Positions 1 to 13,760 of a stretch of 64,000 nt of DNA are shown piece after piece; position 1 is the first letter of the stretch; the number at the start of each line of letters is the position of its first letter. The stretch covers positions 8,308,001-8,372,000 of the forward strand of contig CP075494.1 of the NCBI GenBank assembly GCA_021613535.1, given 5' to 3'. A program made the translations under genes and the position numbers. The notes under the pieces are model-generated. The model made no database searches, was not told the DNA's origin, and worked only from the letters and a program-made list of their open reading frames with translations. This DNA is from Adineta vaga. Lineage: Eukaryota > Animalia > Rotifera.

Positions 1-3000
1 CGAAATAATAATTCAAGTCGTTTTGGTAAATTTATTGAAGTACATTTTAATGAAAAAGTGTGTAATTTAACGTTCGAAAAATCATATTTAATCAATATAT
101 TTTTCTTATCTATAGTATCGTGTTGTGGGTGGTTATATTTCTCATTATCTATTGGAAAAATCTCGTATATGTGTTCAATCCAGAGATGAACGAAATTATC
201 ATATCTTCTATCGTTTATGTGCTGGTGCTCCGGAAAATATTCGTAGTGCTTTACGACTTGCATCGCCGGATTATTTTCATGTAGGAATGATTATAATATT
301 TCAATCAATGACAATTCATATTCCTATTCATTCTAGTATCTGAATCGAGGTTGTACTCAATATTTTTGTGGTACACAAACGGAAAAGAATCTCTCAAAGA
401 ATCGTTTAAGTCAAGATGTAAGTGTTTCTTATGAATAGATAGAAGATTATTGTTATCATTCGTCATGTATTTAGTTTGCTTCAAAAGGACCATTACGTGA
501 TCCTCAACTTGATGATGTGAAAGATTTTCTTGAATGTGATCAATCGATGGATCATATGGGATTGAGAAGTCAAGATAAAATCAATATTTATAGTACAGTT
601 GCAACTGTTCTTCATTTGGGAAATATCAATTTTGAAGATGATCCTGAGAGTACTAAAGGTGGTTGTAAAGTAATATCAACTCATGAACAATCATTGACTA
701 TAACATCAGAAATGTTGGGTCTTAATGTTCGAGAACTTTGTGATGGATTGATCACACGAATGATCATGACAAAAACAACAAGTAATACAAAAGATAATAT
801 CATTTCGTATGTATTTAGTCTTTTTTCAAATTAAATTTCTATGTTTCATTTGTTTTGAAGTGTTCCATTAAAAGCTCATGAAGCTCAAAATGCTCGTGAT
901 GCATTAGCAAAAACAATCTATGTCCGATTATTTGATTATATAGTTAGTGTAGTGAATAAATCCATTCCATTCAGTTCATCTATATCTTATATTGGTATTC
1001 TCGATATAGCTGGTTTTGAATATTTTCCAATTAATTCATTTGAACAATTCTGTATTAAGTATGTTAAGATATAAGAATATTTATTTGAAATATATTTATT
1101 TACGTTGTTTAGTTATTGCAATGAAAAATTACAACAATTTTTCAATGAACGAATTTTGAAAGAGGAGCAATTATTATATGAAAAAGAAGGTCTTGGTTTG
1201 AAGAAAATCCATTATATTGATAATCAAGATTGTATTGGTATGTTTTTCTATATTGATGAATATCTTAGGCATACCTTCTTTATTTCTTTAAAGTTATAAA
1301 TAGATATATGGTAGGCTTTGAAATCTCAGTGTGTATTTCGCATGACGTTAGTTTTCGTAGTTCAATTTGAAAGAAAATCGACTACATCAGAGAGGTTTAT
1401 ATCAGATCATTTGATTTCATCTAATGAGTAATTACTGAAAGTATTCGTTGAGATGCTATACAGAATCAGCATGATATTATCATTGGTTTGTGTTTCGCAT
1501 GACAAATAGTGATAGTGAGACTTTTCATGTGTATTTGTGTGAATGAAACGTTTGATTGATTATTTTAGATCTGATCGAAGCAAGAATTATTGGTTGCTTT
1601 GATCTATTAGATGAAGAAAGTAAATTACCGACGCCACGATTTGAACATTTTACCAGCGAAGTGCATAACCGCAATAAAGGTCATCCAAGACTCGATGTAA
1701 GAATCGAAAAATATGTTGTCGTCATTTTTCTAACGAAGTTTTCAATTTAGCTTCCACGAAAATCAAAATTACGTACATCACGTGATATTCGTGATGACGA
1801 AGGTTTTCTTATTCAACATTTTGCTGGTAGTGTTGTCTATTCAACTGTACGTTTCTTTGAAGAAAGTATATTTTATATTGTCTTTCGATATGGTTTATTT
1901 TAGGCACAATTTATCGAGAAAAACAATGATGCTTTACATGCTTCATTGCTTGTTCTTGTTCAAGAATGTAAAAATAGTTTCATTAAGAATTTATTTCCTA
2001 AAGCATCAGAACAAGAACCAGCAACCGGAAAATTAAATTTTATATCCGTTGGATCAAAATTTCGATCACAATTAACAGACCTAATGAACAAATTGCGAAG
2101 TACTGTGAGTATTCAGATTATGGCTCAAATTACCTTGTTGAATATTGTAAATTCTCTATGATTTTGTTTTCTAGGGCATTAGTTTCATTCGTTGTATCAA
2201 ACCAAATCTTAAAATGGTTCCAAATTTATTCGAAGGTGGTCAGATTCTCAGTCAATTACAATGCAGTGGTAATTGAGAAAAACAAACGAACTTCTTCGGT
2301 TTATATGGACAGTTTTCTTCTCTTTCAATAGGCATGGTATCTGTGTTAGATTTAATGCAACAAGGTTTTCCATCTCGTACGCAATTTGCTGAATTATACG
2401 CAATGTACAAATCCTATTTACCAGCTGAATTAGCTCGACTTGAACCACGCTTATTCTGTAAATGTTTATTTAAAGCATTAAATCTTCGTGATGCAGATTT
2501 TAAATTTGGTTTAACTAAAGTCTTTTTTCGTCCGGGAAAATTTGCTGAATTTGATGAAATTATGAAATCAGATCCACAAAATTTAGCTGTACTAATATCG
2601 AAAGTTAAAAAATGGCTTATTTGGACACGATGGAAAACAGCACAATGGTGTGCTTTATCTGTAATAAAACGTAAGTTCAAATGAATTGAGATTGCAATGA
2701 AATTCATCGATTGATTTTTAGTTAAAAATAAAATTCTTTATCGACGAAAATGTTACATGGATATTCAACGGCATACTCGAATGCATTTGGTTTATAAACG
2801 TTATGCACCACGGTAAGATTCATTCGAAATATGAATGCTATACAATGATGTTTGTTATTCTTTATTAGAATTCGAGGTTTAGTAAAAGCGAAAGCTTTAC
2901 ATGAACAAGTTGCTTCCATGGAAAATATTGCACAACAAATGAAAGTTAACAAAGAAAAAGTTTATCAAGAAATACATCAGTTGAAACAAAAAATCGATCA

Positions 3001-4644
3001 ATTAATTAATGATATTACCGTAAGTATATCTAACAAGTTGATCGATATTAGTTTATGAGAAGTAGACTTTACTTGTAATGAATAGATCTGTAAAACTTAA
3101 CTTTCTCTTTTAGAATACTCATATGACTGCATCACAAATTGATCATGCTTACAATGAACTTGTTTCTTCTATTGATCGTGAATTTCGTCGATTAAAACAG
3201 ACACTTGCTGAACAAGAAATGAAAGAAGAAGCAGAACGTTTGAAAAAAATTCAAGTAAACATTTCTTTTGACATTTTCTTCGATAAATTCAAAATTTGTA
3301 TTCTATAGAATGAATTAGAAAATGAAAAGAATAAGAAATTCAATGAAGATAGACAATTCGAACACGAAAAAGAAGAATTTCGACAGTAATATTTTCTTTT
3401 TGATCATGTTATAATCTGTTTTATTTTTGTTTTTTGTTTAGACGTTCAGTTTTAGCACAACGACAACGCGAAGAAGAACAATTAAAAGGCAAACTAACTA
3501 CTGAAGAAGCTCGACGTCAAGTACGAGTTGAAATTCATCAAATCTAAAAGTAACTTAACATGTATTTCTGTCTTCAGAAAGAACGTCAAGCTCAAGACTT
3601 TGCCGAAGAGGCTCGTTTATCAGAAATGAATGAACGAGAACGTCGTGACTATGATTTGGCACGACGTCTTGCATCAGAAATGGGTAGTGAAGCTGACTTA
3701 CCACGATTGGCACGAGCACGCCGTACAGCTACGAATCAAAAGTATGATTTAAACAAACATACATATGCACAATTACGAGATCTTATCAATACATCTTGTG
3801 GTAAGAATTCAACAAATTGAAATCTTTATTGATTAATTGATCGATGTGCACGGTTTAGATATTGAATTACTCGATGCATGTCGAGATGAATTTCATCGAC
3901 GTTTAAAAGTTTATCATGCATGGAAATTAAAAAATCGTCAATCAAAAAATCAATCGGCAGCAAGTGATCAAAATGATCTTGTGGATGAAGAAAGAGCACC
4001 AAAAGATATTTTAAACAATCGTAAATTGAATAACATATTTAATTATGTCAAATAAATCATTTTTTCGATTCTATTGTAGTTGTTTCAACCGCATTAACAG
4101 ATGGTGCTATGAAGACGAGCGGGCAAGGTGTAGCAGCAGCGGCTACTTCATCAAAAGGTGGCAGTGATAAAAAAGGCGAACAACGATATTTTCGGGTTCC
4201 ATTTGTTCGTCCTAATGAACAAAATCGTAATCCAAATGATGAACACAACAAGAAAGGTTGGTGGTATGCGCATTTTGATGGTAAGTTTCATACGTAGATT
4301 ATTTCACGAATACAATCTCTGTTCTTATTTTAGATAAATGGGTTGTTCGTCAAATGGAAATTCATCCCGATCGGAAAGCAACACTTTTCGTTGCAGGTTT
4401 AAAATTTATTTTTCATTTAGTTATTTAAATTATAGATTTCGTTTTTTTAATAGGTGTTGATGATACAAATATGTGTGAATTGAGTTTAGATGAAACAGGT
4501 TTAACTACGAAAAAAGGTGCTGAAATTCTTGAAAATGATTTTGAACAAGAATGGATCAAACATGGTGGCCAGGAACATTTAAAATCAAATAAAAATCGCA
4601 TAAGTTCAAAATATGTTCAAAAATTGATTCAAAATTATCGCTAA
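1..4644 (+). CDS. MYO6: Unconventional myosin VI (multi-exon; 5' part lies upstream of the window)
   Basis: Spliced exons encode [34 protein letters not shown] and [12 protein letters not shown], then insert-2 ([10 protein letters not shown]). A charged SAH-like tail follows, with cargo-binding motifs [13 protein letters not shown] and KGWWYAHFD. Stop TAA is at 4642-4644. Confidence 0.95.
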
Positions 4645-4919
4645 ATTAAACGAAATTTTCCTGTGGACAAATTACATTTCATTTTATTCTTTTTATGTCC
4701 AATTCTAATTGTGATGATCTTTACTAATTTTGCAATTTTTTTCTCGTTCATTTTTTCTTTAATCTGTTTTTTTTTGAGAATGGAAAGACACTTGAAAACT
4801 CGTTTTAGTTTCTCTTCACCGTTCAATTTTTGAATAATTTGACTTCTATTTAAACAATAATAAACCAATTTTATTTATTTTATTTCAGGTGCAATCATAG
4901 AAAAACAAAATATACAACG

Positions 4920-7900
4920 ATGGCTGGAATGAAATTTGAAGTTAGTAACATTTGATCTGATTTCGTTTTATTCCTGAATGAATTCTTTTTCAGTATGATG
5001 AAAGTGGCGGAAAGTTTTATTATTTTATACTCTCTGTCTATGGCTTAATTCTTGTACCAGCGACCTATTGGTTATGGCCCAAGATAGAAAAAAGAAGTAA
5101 GAATCAAGAAAGATGTATCTTGTCATATTTTATTTGTTTATTTATGAGTAGAAGCTGCACTACATCCTGAAGAAAGATCTAATTTTGGTCCGTGTCGTAG
5201 CAAACATCAGTTATTAGATGCAAATGAACCTAATCAAAGACGGCGAGCGATAATCACGTAAGGATTCATTGATGGTAGTTTATCTAGTTTTGCAAAGTAC
5301 AGAATAGATCAATGTCAAATTTAATTGTTCGTGTACTGACGGTTTTCTCTCTCTCTCTCTATTTCAGTAAGGTTGTTTTAGTCGTGGCATGGATTATTTT
5401 AATAGTTTTGGCTTATCGTGTTTCTTTAATTGAAACTGAACATAAAGAATATGATCCATTTGCTGTATTAAATGTTGATCGAGTATATAATTGAAATATT
5501 TGCTATCTCTCTTCTAATTTAAGTATTCAATCTTCTAGGAAGCATCTATTACTGAAATCAAACGAGCTTATCGTGATCTAAGTAAAAAACATCATCCAGA
5601 TCGTGGTGGAGATCCAGAAATGTTTGTAAGTGAACAGATTCGACTGCTACAATTGAACGAAACATGAAGAGCATCGTTTGTTTGTTTATTTAGAAAGAAA
5701 TTGCGAAAGCATACAAAACCTTGACAGATGAAGAAGCAAAAGAAAACTGGAAGAAATACGGCAATCCTGATGGGCCAGGAGGTTGGCATTTTTTGTTGCC
5801 AAATTTTTTGTTTTGATTCATTTAACGAATATGCTTTTTTAGTAACACATTTTGGTATTGCTTTGCCGAAATGGTTAGTCGATCATCAAAATTCTGTATT
5901 TGTTCTTTTGGTTTATGCTGGTATTTTCATGATTGTTCTACCAGTTATTATCGTAAGTTTATGATTGGAAAAAATGGAAGATAAATTCTGACTTTATTTT
6001 ACTCTTTGCAAATTATTAGTGTCTTTGGTGGCAGAAATCGGCTCGATATTCTGGTGATCAAATTTTAATTGATACAATTCAACTTTATTGGTTCTTTTTA
6101 AGCAGAACATCATCTATTATTGTTAAACGTAAGTTAATCGAGTGGGAATAGAGGAATGATATTTAAATGTACCCATGTTCAAATCTAACTAACGGTATAC
6201 AATGATGATTTCGTTTTCATTTATCTGTCAATCCTCTGAGATTAATTTCTTTTGATGTAAAGGAAACACTGAGTATACCGACAAGAAAAAAATTCAATTT
6301 CACAGTTTTTATCTGATGAATCGATGGTAATCTATGATGGTTTTTATTTCTAGGTGCAATTATGATTCTTAGTGCATCAAAAGAATTTGATCGTACTCGT
6401 AATCCACTCATTGTTGATCGATTAAGTGACAATGTTGAATTACCAAAAGTAAGTTTTCTTTCTATGAAAAATGCATTTTCTTACAATTGAGAAATGATTT
6501 ATTTTTAGTTATTTCGAGAATTACCTGATATTCAAGAGAAAACAAAAGAACGACCATTTCAAATGCCATATTGTTTAAAAGCACGTACACTTCTTCATGC
6601 TCATATTCAACGTCTCACTACATTAAGTCCTGATTTGGAAAATGATAAACGATATGTTGTAAAGAAATCTCCATATTTAATTAATGAAATGATCAATATC
6701 GAAGCTCAACTTGTTGCTATGGGACATACTGGACAATGTACGCAATTTTTGATTGATTTTGAATGAATATAATGTTTCTTTTTCTATTCAAGTGAAAAAT
6801 CCTCCGCGTCTTGATACACTTGAAAATACAATGAAACTATCACCAATGATTGTTCAAGCTTTATTGAATACAAAAAGTCCTTTACTTCAATTACCACATA
6901 TAACTGAAAGTCATTTACGATTCTTTGAAACAAAAAAAGTATGATATTCTTAAGAGATTAGTGAAATGTTTTTTTTGTAGAACTATGAGGATAAAGATTG
7001 AAATTATATTTATCTATTTATCTCTCTCTCTCTCTCTCTTTTAGCGTACAATCAAATCAATTCGACAATTTACTGACATGAATGGAGATGAACGTCGTTC
7101 TATGTTACGTAGTATTACTGATGAACAGTACGATGATATCATGAATGTCATTTCAATTTATCCATATATAACAATGAGCGTGTCATGTGGAGGTATTGTT
7201 TATTACTCGAAAATATTCACTAATATGTATTTTTTACATAAAAACATTCTATTTAGTTTTTGATGATGAAGATGAGCATATCATAACTACAGGCGCTGTT
7301 GTAACATTGACAATACATTTAAAACGTGAAAATATGTCAACGGTATTGAATAAAGAATTAGGATTGAATCAATCATCAAAGATCAATGCGATGGACGATG
7401 AAGCAAATGAGGAACGAGTCGATGATAAAGAAAATCGAGAAAAAGTAAAAAAAAGGTTTTCTTTTCGTTTGTCATTTATCTATCGGAGATTGGTTTTTGT
7501 AGACGGGAGAAGCATCGAAAGTAGCCGCAGCATCAAATACATCAAAAGGTTGGAATAATAAATCGGATAAGAAAAAGAAAACTAAAAAGAAAGGACAAGC
7601 CACAACATCGAAAGCAACTAACAATACATCTGCTAATAAACAATCAACACCGACAAATGTCAATAAAAAACAAGAAAAAGCCGATGAAAAAGATTCAAGT
7701 GGTTAGTAACATTCATAGTCTTATTCTATAGCGAAAATTATCGTATGAGAATTTACGTTGAGGGTGTGTGTGAACCATAACATACATTTACTGTATCGAT
7801 TTTGTTGATGATTAAAAAAATTTTGTTTTCTTTTTATCTATCTAGATGATGATTCATCAAAACATTCGGATGGTAAATTGAAAACTTTTTTGTTTTATTA

Positions 7901-8625
7901 GTTTGATTTTTATTTACATTAATTTTTTAGATTCACCATCGACATTACGTCAACGTCACCATGAACAATCAAAAGATGAAACAAATAATAGTGATAATGA
8001 AAATAATAATGATGAAGACAATCCACCAACTACACCAAAAAAATCACGAACAAATGCTGATAATGATGAAGATACATTTCTCGAACGTTTTCAACAACAA
8101 CAACGAAAACGTGAAAAACTTGAAACAAAAGAAAAAATAAGTCATCGTGTATTTTGTCCATTTTATCCCGAAGTATATTTACAAATATCGAATCTATTTT
8201 TCTCGTCTCTATTAAGAAAGTTTTCATGTTCTAGATTAAACAAGAATGTTGGTGGTTATATGTTGCTGATCGTAAACATTTTTCCTTGATTAGTGCGCCA
8301 GTTTATTTGTGCACATTGAAAGATAAAGAAGAAGTTGAAGTGAAATTTTCAGCTCCAAAAATAGCTGGACATTATGTTTATTCAGTTATTTTAAGATCTG
8401 ATTCATATTTTGACGTTGATGTTATGGAAAATCTTGCGGTAAAGAAATGAAAACAATCTGTGTCTTTGTTTTTCTATTATCAAATAATTTTAGTTCGATG
8501 TTCAAGCTGCGAAAGAAATGGATAATAATCATCCACAATGGAATTTTAGTGAAGATGAAGAAGCAGCAAATGCTAAAGCTGAAGATGAAGAATTTGCCAC
8601 CGAAAGTGAAAGTGATGAAGAATAA
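4920..8625 (+). CDS. SEC63: Translocation protein SEC63 (TM segments, J-domain, Sec63/Brl domain, acidic tail), multi-exon
   Basis: N-terminus is MAGMKFE|YDESGGKFYYF. J-domain reads EYDPFAVLNV...KKHHPDRGGD...YGNPDGP, followed by FGIALPKW. C-terminal Ig-like part has WWLYVADRK and SDSYFDVD, then an acidic tail. Stop TAA is at 8623-8625. Confidence 0.95.
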
Positions 8626-9733
8626 ATGTTCATTGTTGTTGTTGTTATTATTATGATTCCTATTCTCATTTCTTATTTATATTCTTTATTTTATTCCATT
8701 TCAATTTCAGTTTCTTTTCTCTCTCTCTCTCTCTCTTGCTATCTTTAAAACAAAACACAATATATAACGTTGTCGTGAAATCTTTGTTGTTCACAATAAA
8801 GAGACCTTACTAGTGCATTGACATTCTCAAAACAAAAAGAAGTACAAGAAGAAGAAAGTGAAGGTTTTTATAACAATACATAGAAAACAATAGACAGATT
8901 CTTGTGTTTTGCACTCGTGCGTGCATAGATTACAAGTAAAACTTGTGGTACATGATTTGTTACATATGAAAAGAGATTGATTAGAAATAAAAATTTGTTT
9001 TCATTTACACAATTTATTACACCATCTGTTTAATTACATTTTTGTTCCTTCATCATCGAACAACAAACACTTGAGTTTATTTCATTCATTTAATATCGCA
9101 TCATGTATATAACTACACGTGCTCTTTTTATCACCATCATTCCAAAGAATAGCATACATATATAATAAAAAAAAACAGTAACATATCCATTTTTCTTCTT
9201 CTCTTCTTTGTCTTAACTTGTTAATGTGCAAGTCAAAGACGCAAATAACATATGCATGACATGATTCGAATATCAAATTTATACATCGAATAGCATTATT
9301 TCATTTTAACAAACATATATATTTATCAGCCTATCTTATGGCGTACTTTTCACAAACGGCGAGAAAACGTTAATGATTTTTATCTGTACTTTATTATTTT
9401 ATTTTATGATCCTTTTGATGAAGAAAAGAGAAAAGGGCAAAATAAAAAAGAAATCTATTATTATCATTATCATTACATATTGTCTTGTTCGAAAAAGGCA
9501 ATCATTCGTATGCATACCAACATCGAAGAAAAGTCATTTATGATCTTTATCATCAACATTTCTTCTTTCGTTATTCCCTTTCTTTTTTATATCAAAATAA
9601 CCTATAAAGTTGTTCCACAGTGACGTGGTATTATTTGATTTTTCTTCTAGGTTTAAATATTTCTTTTTACTATTCAATATTCACAAAGTATTCAACTGTT
9701 TTCCTTATGTTCCGTCCAAACTAAATTCATAAT

Positions 9734-12700
9734 ATGTATCAAGGCAAACATAGCATCTTTCTTGTTATCATATTGGGTTTAATTGTTCATAAATATTATT
9801 GTAAAGAACAAACATACGATCATATACCAAACAAGCCAATACGTTTTCATGTTGCTGAATTCAATTTTGACCATGTGTCAGATGTTTATGCAATAACATT
9901 ATGGATTTTACTTGGTTCATTAGCTAAAGTTGGTACGTATTAATTGGATTGAATGAAAGCAATTTTCAAATCGAATTTCTTTTTAGGTTTTCATTTATCA
10001 CATCGTTTAACTGAAAAATTTCCGGAAAGTTGTCTTTTAATTATTCTTGGTTTAATTGTCGGTGCACTTCTTTATGTTACTCATTTAGCTGAACAAAAAG
10101 CTTATGTACTCAATAGTGAAACATTCTTTCTATTTCTTTTACCGGTAAATTTAAGTACACTGTAATTTTAAAGAAGATCATTTTGTTAGAAAAATGAAAA
10201 AGTATTCAAGTTTTATATAGACTTGTTTTTGAAAGTGATTTAGTCAAAAAACTCACATAAGGTGATATCATAAAGATATTTAGATAAGGTGTGATTTACT
10301 ATTTAAAGATTACGTATTATGTAACTACTAAAAAGTCGTTCTCTTCCTAAACATGAATCATAGAAATCAAATGATTTATAATAAAAAGTACTTTCTCCAC
10401 CTACCCTCAAGAAAATATCAGGAATTATCAAAATTTCTATCATAATGTTCTGATAAGCAAATCATCGATTAGTCTTGAAATAGAATGAATATAATTTTTA
10501 TCGAATTAAATACATCTTTTATGTTATTTTACAGCCCATTATTCTTGAAGCTGGTTATTTTATGCCCAATCGACCATTTTTTGATAATCTTGGTACAATT
10601 TTATTACTTGCTATAGTTAATACATTATTCAATACAATTTGTATTGGTCTTACACTATGGGGTTTTCAATTTACACCCATTTATGGTGGTACTCAATTCG
10701 ACATGTTACCTTGTCTTGTTTTTGCTGCACTTATCTCAGCTGTTGATCCAGTCGCTGTCTTAGCAACATTTACAGAAATTCATGTCAATGATATGCTCTA
10801 TATTGTAGTCTTTGGAGAATCATTGCTCAATGATGCCGTTTCTGTTGTTCTCTATCGTATGTTTGAATCATTTGCTAAAATTGGTCAAGCTAATATCATT
10901 GTAATGGATGTTGTTTTGGGTTGTTTATCATTTTTTGTGGTGGCACTCGGTGGTGTCTAATTGGTATCATATTTGGAGTTATCGCATGTTTCACAACGAA
11001 ATTTACTGAACATACACCTGTTTTAGAACCATTAATTATTCTTGTTTATGCTTATTTAGCTTATCTAACATCAGAAATGGTGTCTGTATCAGGTATATTA
11101 GCGTAAGTAGATCATTTTTCGAAAATCTCAATAGAATTAATGGAGAAATTATGTTGATTTTAGTATTACATTTTGTGGTATGGTTATGAAACAGTATGTT
11201 TCATTTAATATTTCCAAAAAATCGGATGCTACAACTGAATATGTTCTGAAAATGTTATCAAGTATTATGGAAACAATTATATTCATGTTTATGGGTTTAT
11301 CAACTGTTAGTGATAATCATTCGTGGAATACAGGTTTTGTTCTAATGACTCTTCTTCTTTGCCTTGTCTATCGAGTGATTGGTATGTAAAACTAGGTGAA
11401 AAGAAAAGTTTCAAATACAATTGATTTTTCAATTTGTAGGTGTTGCTATTTTTGCTAATATTGCAAATTGTTGGCGTTTACTTGAATTAACACGAATTGA
11501 TATGTTAATTATGTCTTATGGTGGTTTACGTGGCGCTATTGCATTTGCATTGGCTTTAGTTTTAGATGAAACAAAGATTGAACGAAAAAAAGAATTTGTT
11601 ACTGCAACCATTGCTGTCGTTTTCTTTACAGTTTTTCTACAAGTAAGAAAGAAGATATCATTCTTGAATTAAAGTACATGCTTTAAATAGGGTATTACTA
11701 TTGGTCCTTTGGTAAAATTATTGAATGTGCGACGAAAACAAATTGAAGAACCAACAATGTCTGCAAAATTAACAAATCGAGTAAAGAAAGAGTATCATTT
11801 TAGTTTTTAAGATTCTTATTGCTTTTTGTTATAAGATGATGGATCATGTGATGACTTGTCTCGAAGAAATATCTGGTAGTGGTGGTAGTCATTCATTACG
11901 TGATCGGTATGAGTTTACACACACAAAAAAACATACAACAAAATGATCGTCTTAAACTAATTTTTATTTAGAATTCGAAACTTCGATCGAAATTATTTTA
12001 AACGGTGGTTATTACGTGAAACACCACAAGAAAAAATGGATATTAAATTATTGCAAACATTTAAAAAGATCAGTACACAATCAGCAATGCGAGTTCATGA
12101 TACATCTCGAGGTCTTGTACCAGCAGCAACAGCTGCTGCGTATTCATCTGGATCATCAAATAATTTAAAATTAGATCGACGATTCGAAAATGTTTCCGAG
12201 TTAATTGCGGCAAAGTTTGTTTAACTAGTTAGTGAGAAAATATTGTATGTCATTTTGTTTGATTTGTTGTAGTCTACCTGAACATACTGTACCCGATTTG
12301 ATGTTTTTTGAAAATCGTGGCGGTGATCATCATCATGATGATGCACATATGCATCATTTTCTGGATTCGAATCTTTATAGTGCCAGGCCTAGGGTAAAAT
12401 AGAAAAGAAAGCATACCGTACTCTATCAGTAATCTACTATCACTGCCAAGATTGTTTCTTAATTCATGTTATTGAGAATTCTATATGAGAGAGTGCAAAG
12501 TTAGGTTATCATGTTTTGTAGTAAACTGTCTTTCTATGTGAGATACGATATATGAACATATTCTCAACTATTCTTTTCATTTTAGGCTGCTATTCATCTT
12601 CGAAATCAAGATGAAACTGTTAGTTCAGATGATGGAGCACAGAATCGTTTTGAAAAGTCTTATCATCATCGTGATCATAGATATTTACCATCACGACCTG

Positions 12701-13323
12701 AACGAGAACTATTACATGGTCCGAAAACGATTAGTAAAAGTGTTCATAATGGTCATCGATTATCACCAATACATGCTCATACGACTGCGCTTACACCTCG
12801 ACAAGCAAATTCTCGATCACGATCACGATCAATAACACAAGAAGAAAGTTCACCTAGTCCATCTCATTATCGAACAAAATCATTATCAAAAGAACCACAT
12901 AAAAGAACTCCTCCAATCTCTGTGCATGTAGAAAATGAAGGTAAGAAATAATACGAAAAATTAACGTTTAGTAATTCTTTTATTTTTATTTTTAAATTAG
13001 GTACTGGATCAACGGCAGCTGAACGTAGTCGTCCATGGCGTCATTTATCAGCTACAGAGGATGCAAAAACTAATAATTCAATATTAGCAAAAGGCAATGA
13101 TCCTCATCTTCATAATATATCTATAACAGGTGCAGATATCAGTGGTACATATCATAAATCACCTGAATCAATGGGTGAATATGCAACAACAACGAAACCA
13201 GAAGAAAGTTTCCTCCGACCAGATGTACGTGATTTATTTAATAAACGATCACTAAATGGCTCTGAAACACAAGATGATAATGATGATAATACTGATGCTG
13301 ATGAAAGTATTACTCGTTTGTGA
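9734..13323 (+). CDS. Plasma-membrane-type Na+/H+ exchanger (SLC9A/NHE2-3-like); apparent 1-nt frameshift at about 10957
   Basis: Motifs FPESCLLI, FFLFLLP|PIILEAGYFMP, ISAVDPVAVLA, VFGESLLNDAV and YGGLRGAIAF, then a long disordered cytosolic tail. Stop TGA is at 13321-13323. The frame breaks at GGV*/LIGIIFG inside an exon. Confidence 0.9.
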
Positions 13324-13760
13324 ACTTCATATCATTCCTTCTTTTTTTGTCTTTTTTACTATGTTTTATTAACCTTTTTTTCTATATTAGTAAACTAAAG
13401 ATATCTATTATGAAAACCTATTTCAACATTTAAGAATAAATTTGAGTGTTTATTGAATCGAGAATAAATATTACAAATCATTATTAGCTAGAAATTCAAT
13501 CTTATAATCAACAAAGATATACTCACTGCACTTCCTCTTTCGAATAACTTAATCATTGGAAGCCAAAATCTTTCGTAGTTATCACTATTTTCTTTGAATA
13601 ATATTTATTTATTACTTAACGAACTCGAAAGAAAGACTGTCACGTTGTCGAAGATAATAATCATTGTTCTTTAGATAAAGATTAAAGAGTAACCTTTACT
13701 TAATATCCTCTAGGATTCATTTATTTCGTCTTTTCTTCATTCTTGTAACAATCATTCAAT

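Noticed and set aside
1330-1505. Direct repeat TTTCGCATGAC twice in the long myosin intron
   Set aside because: Only two short copies; insufficient to call an element.
10931-10937. T6 run as a programmed frameshift site for NHE
   Set aside because: Shifting here would replace the conserved VVALGG with CGGTRWC. The break maps about 20 nt downstream.
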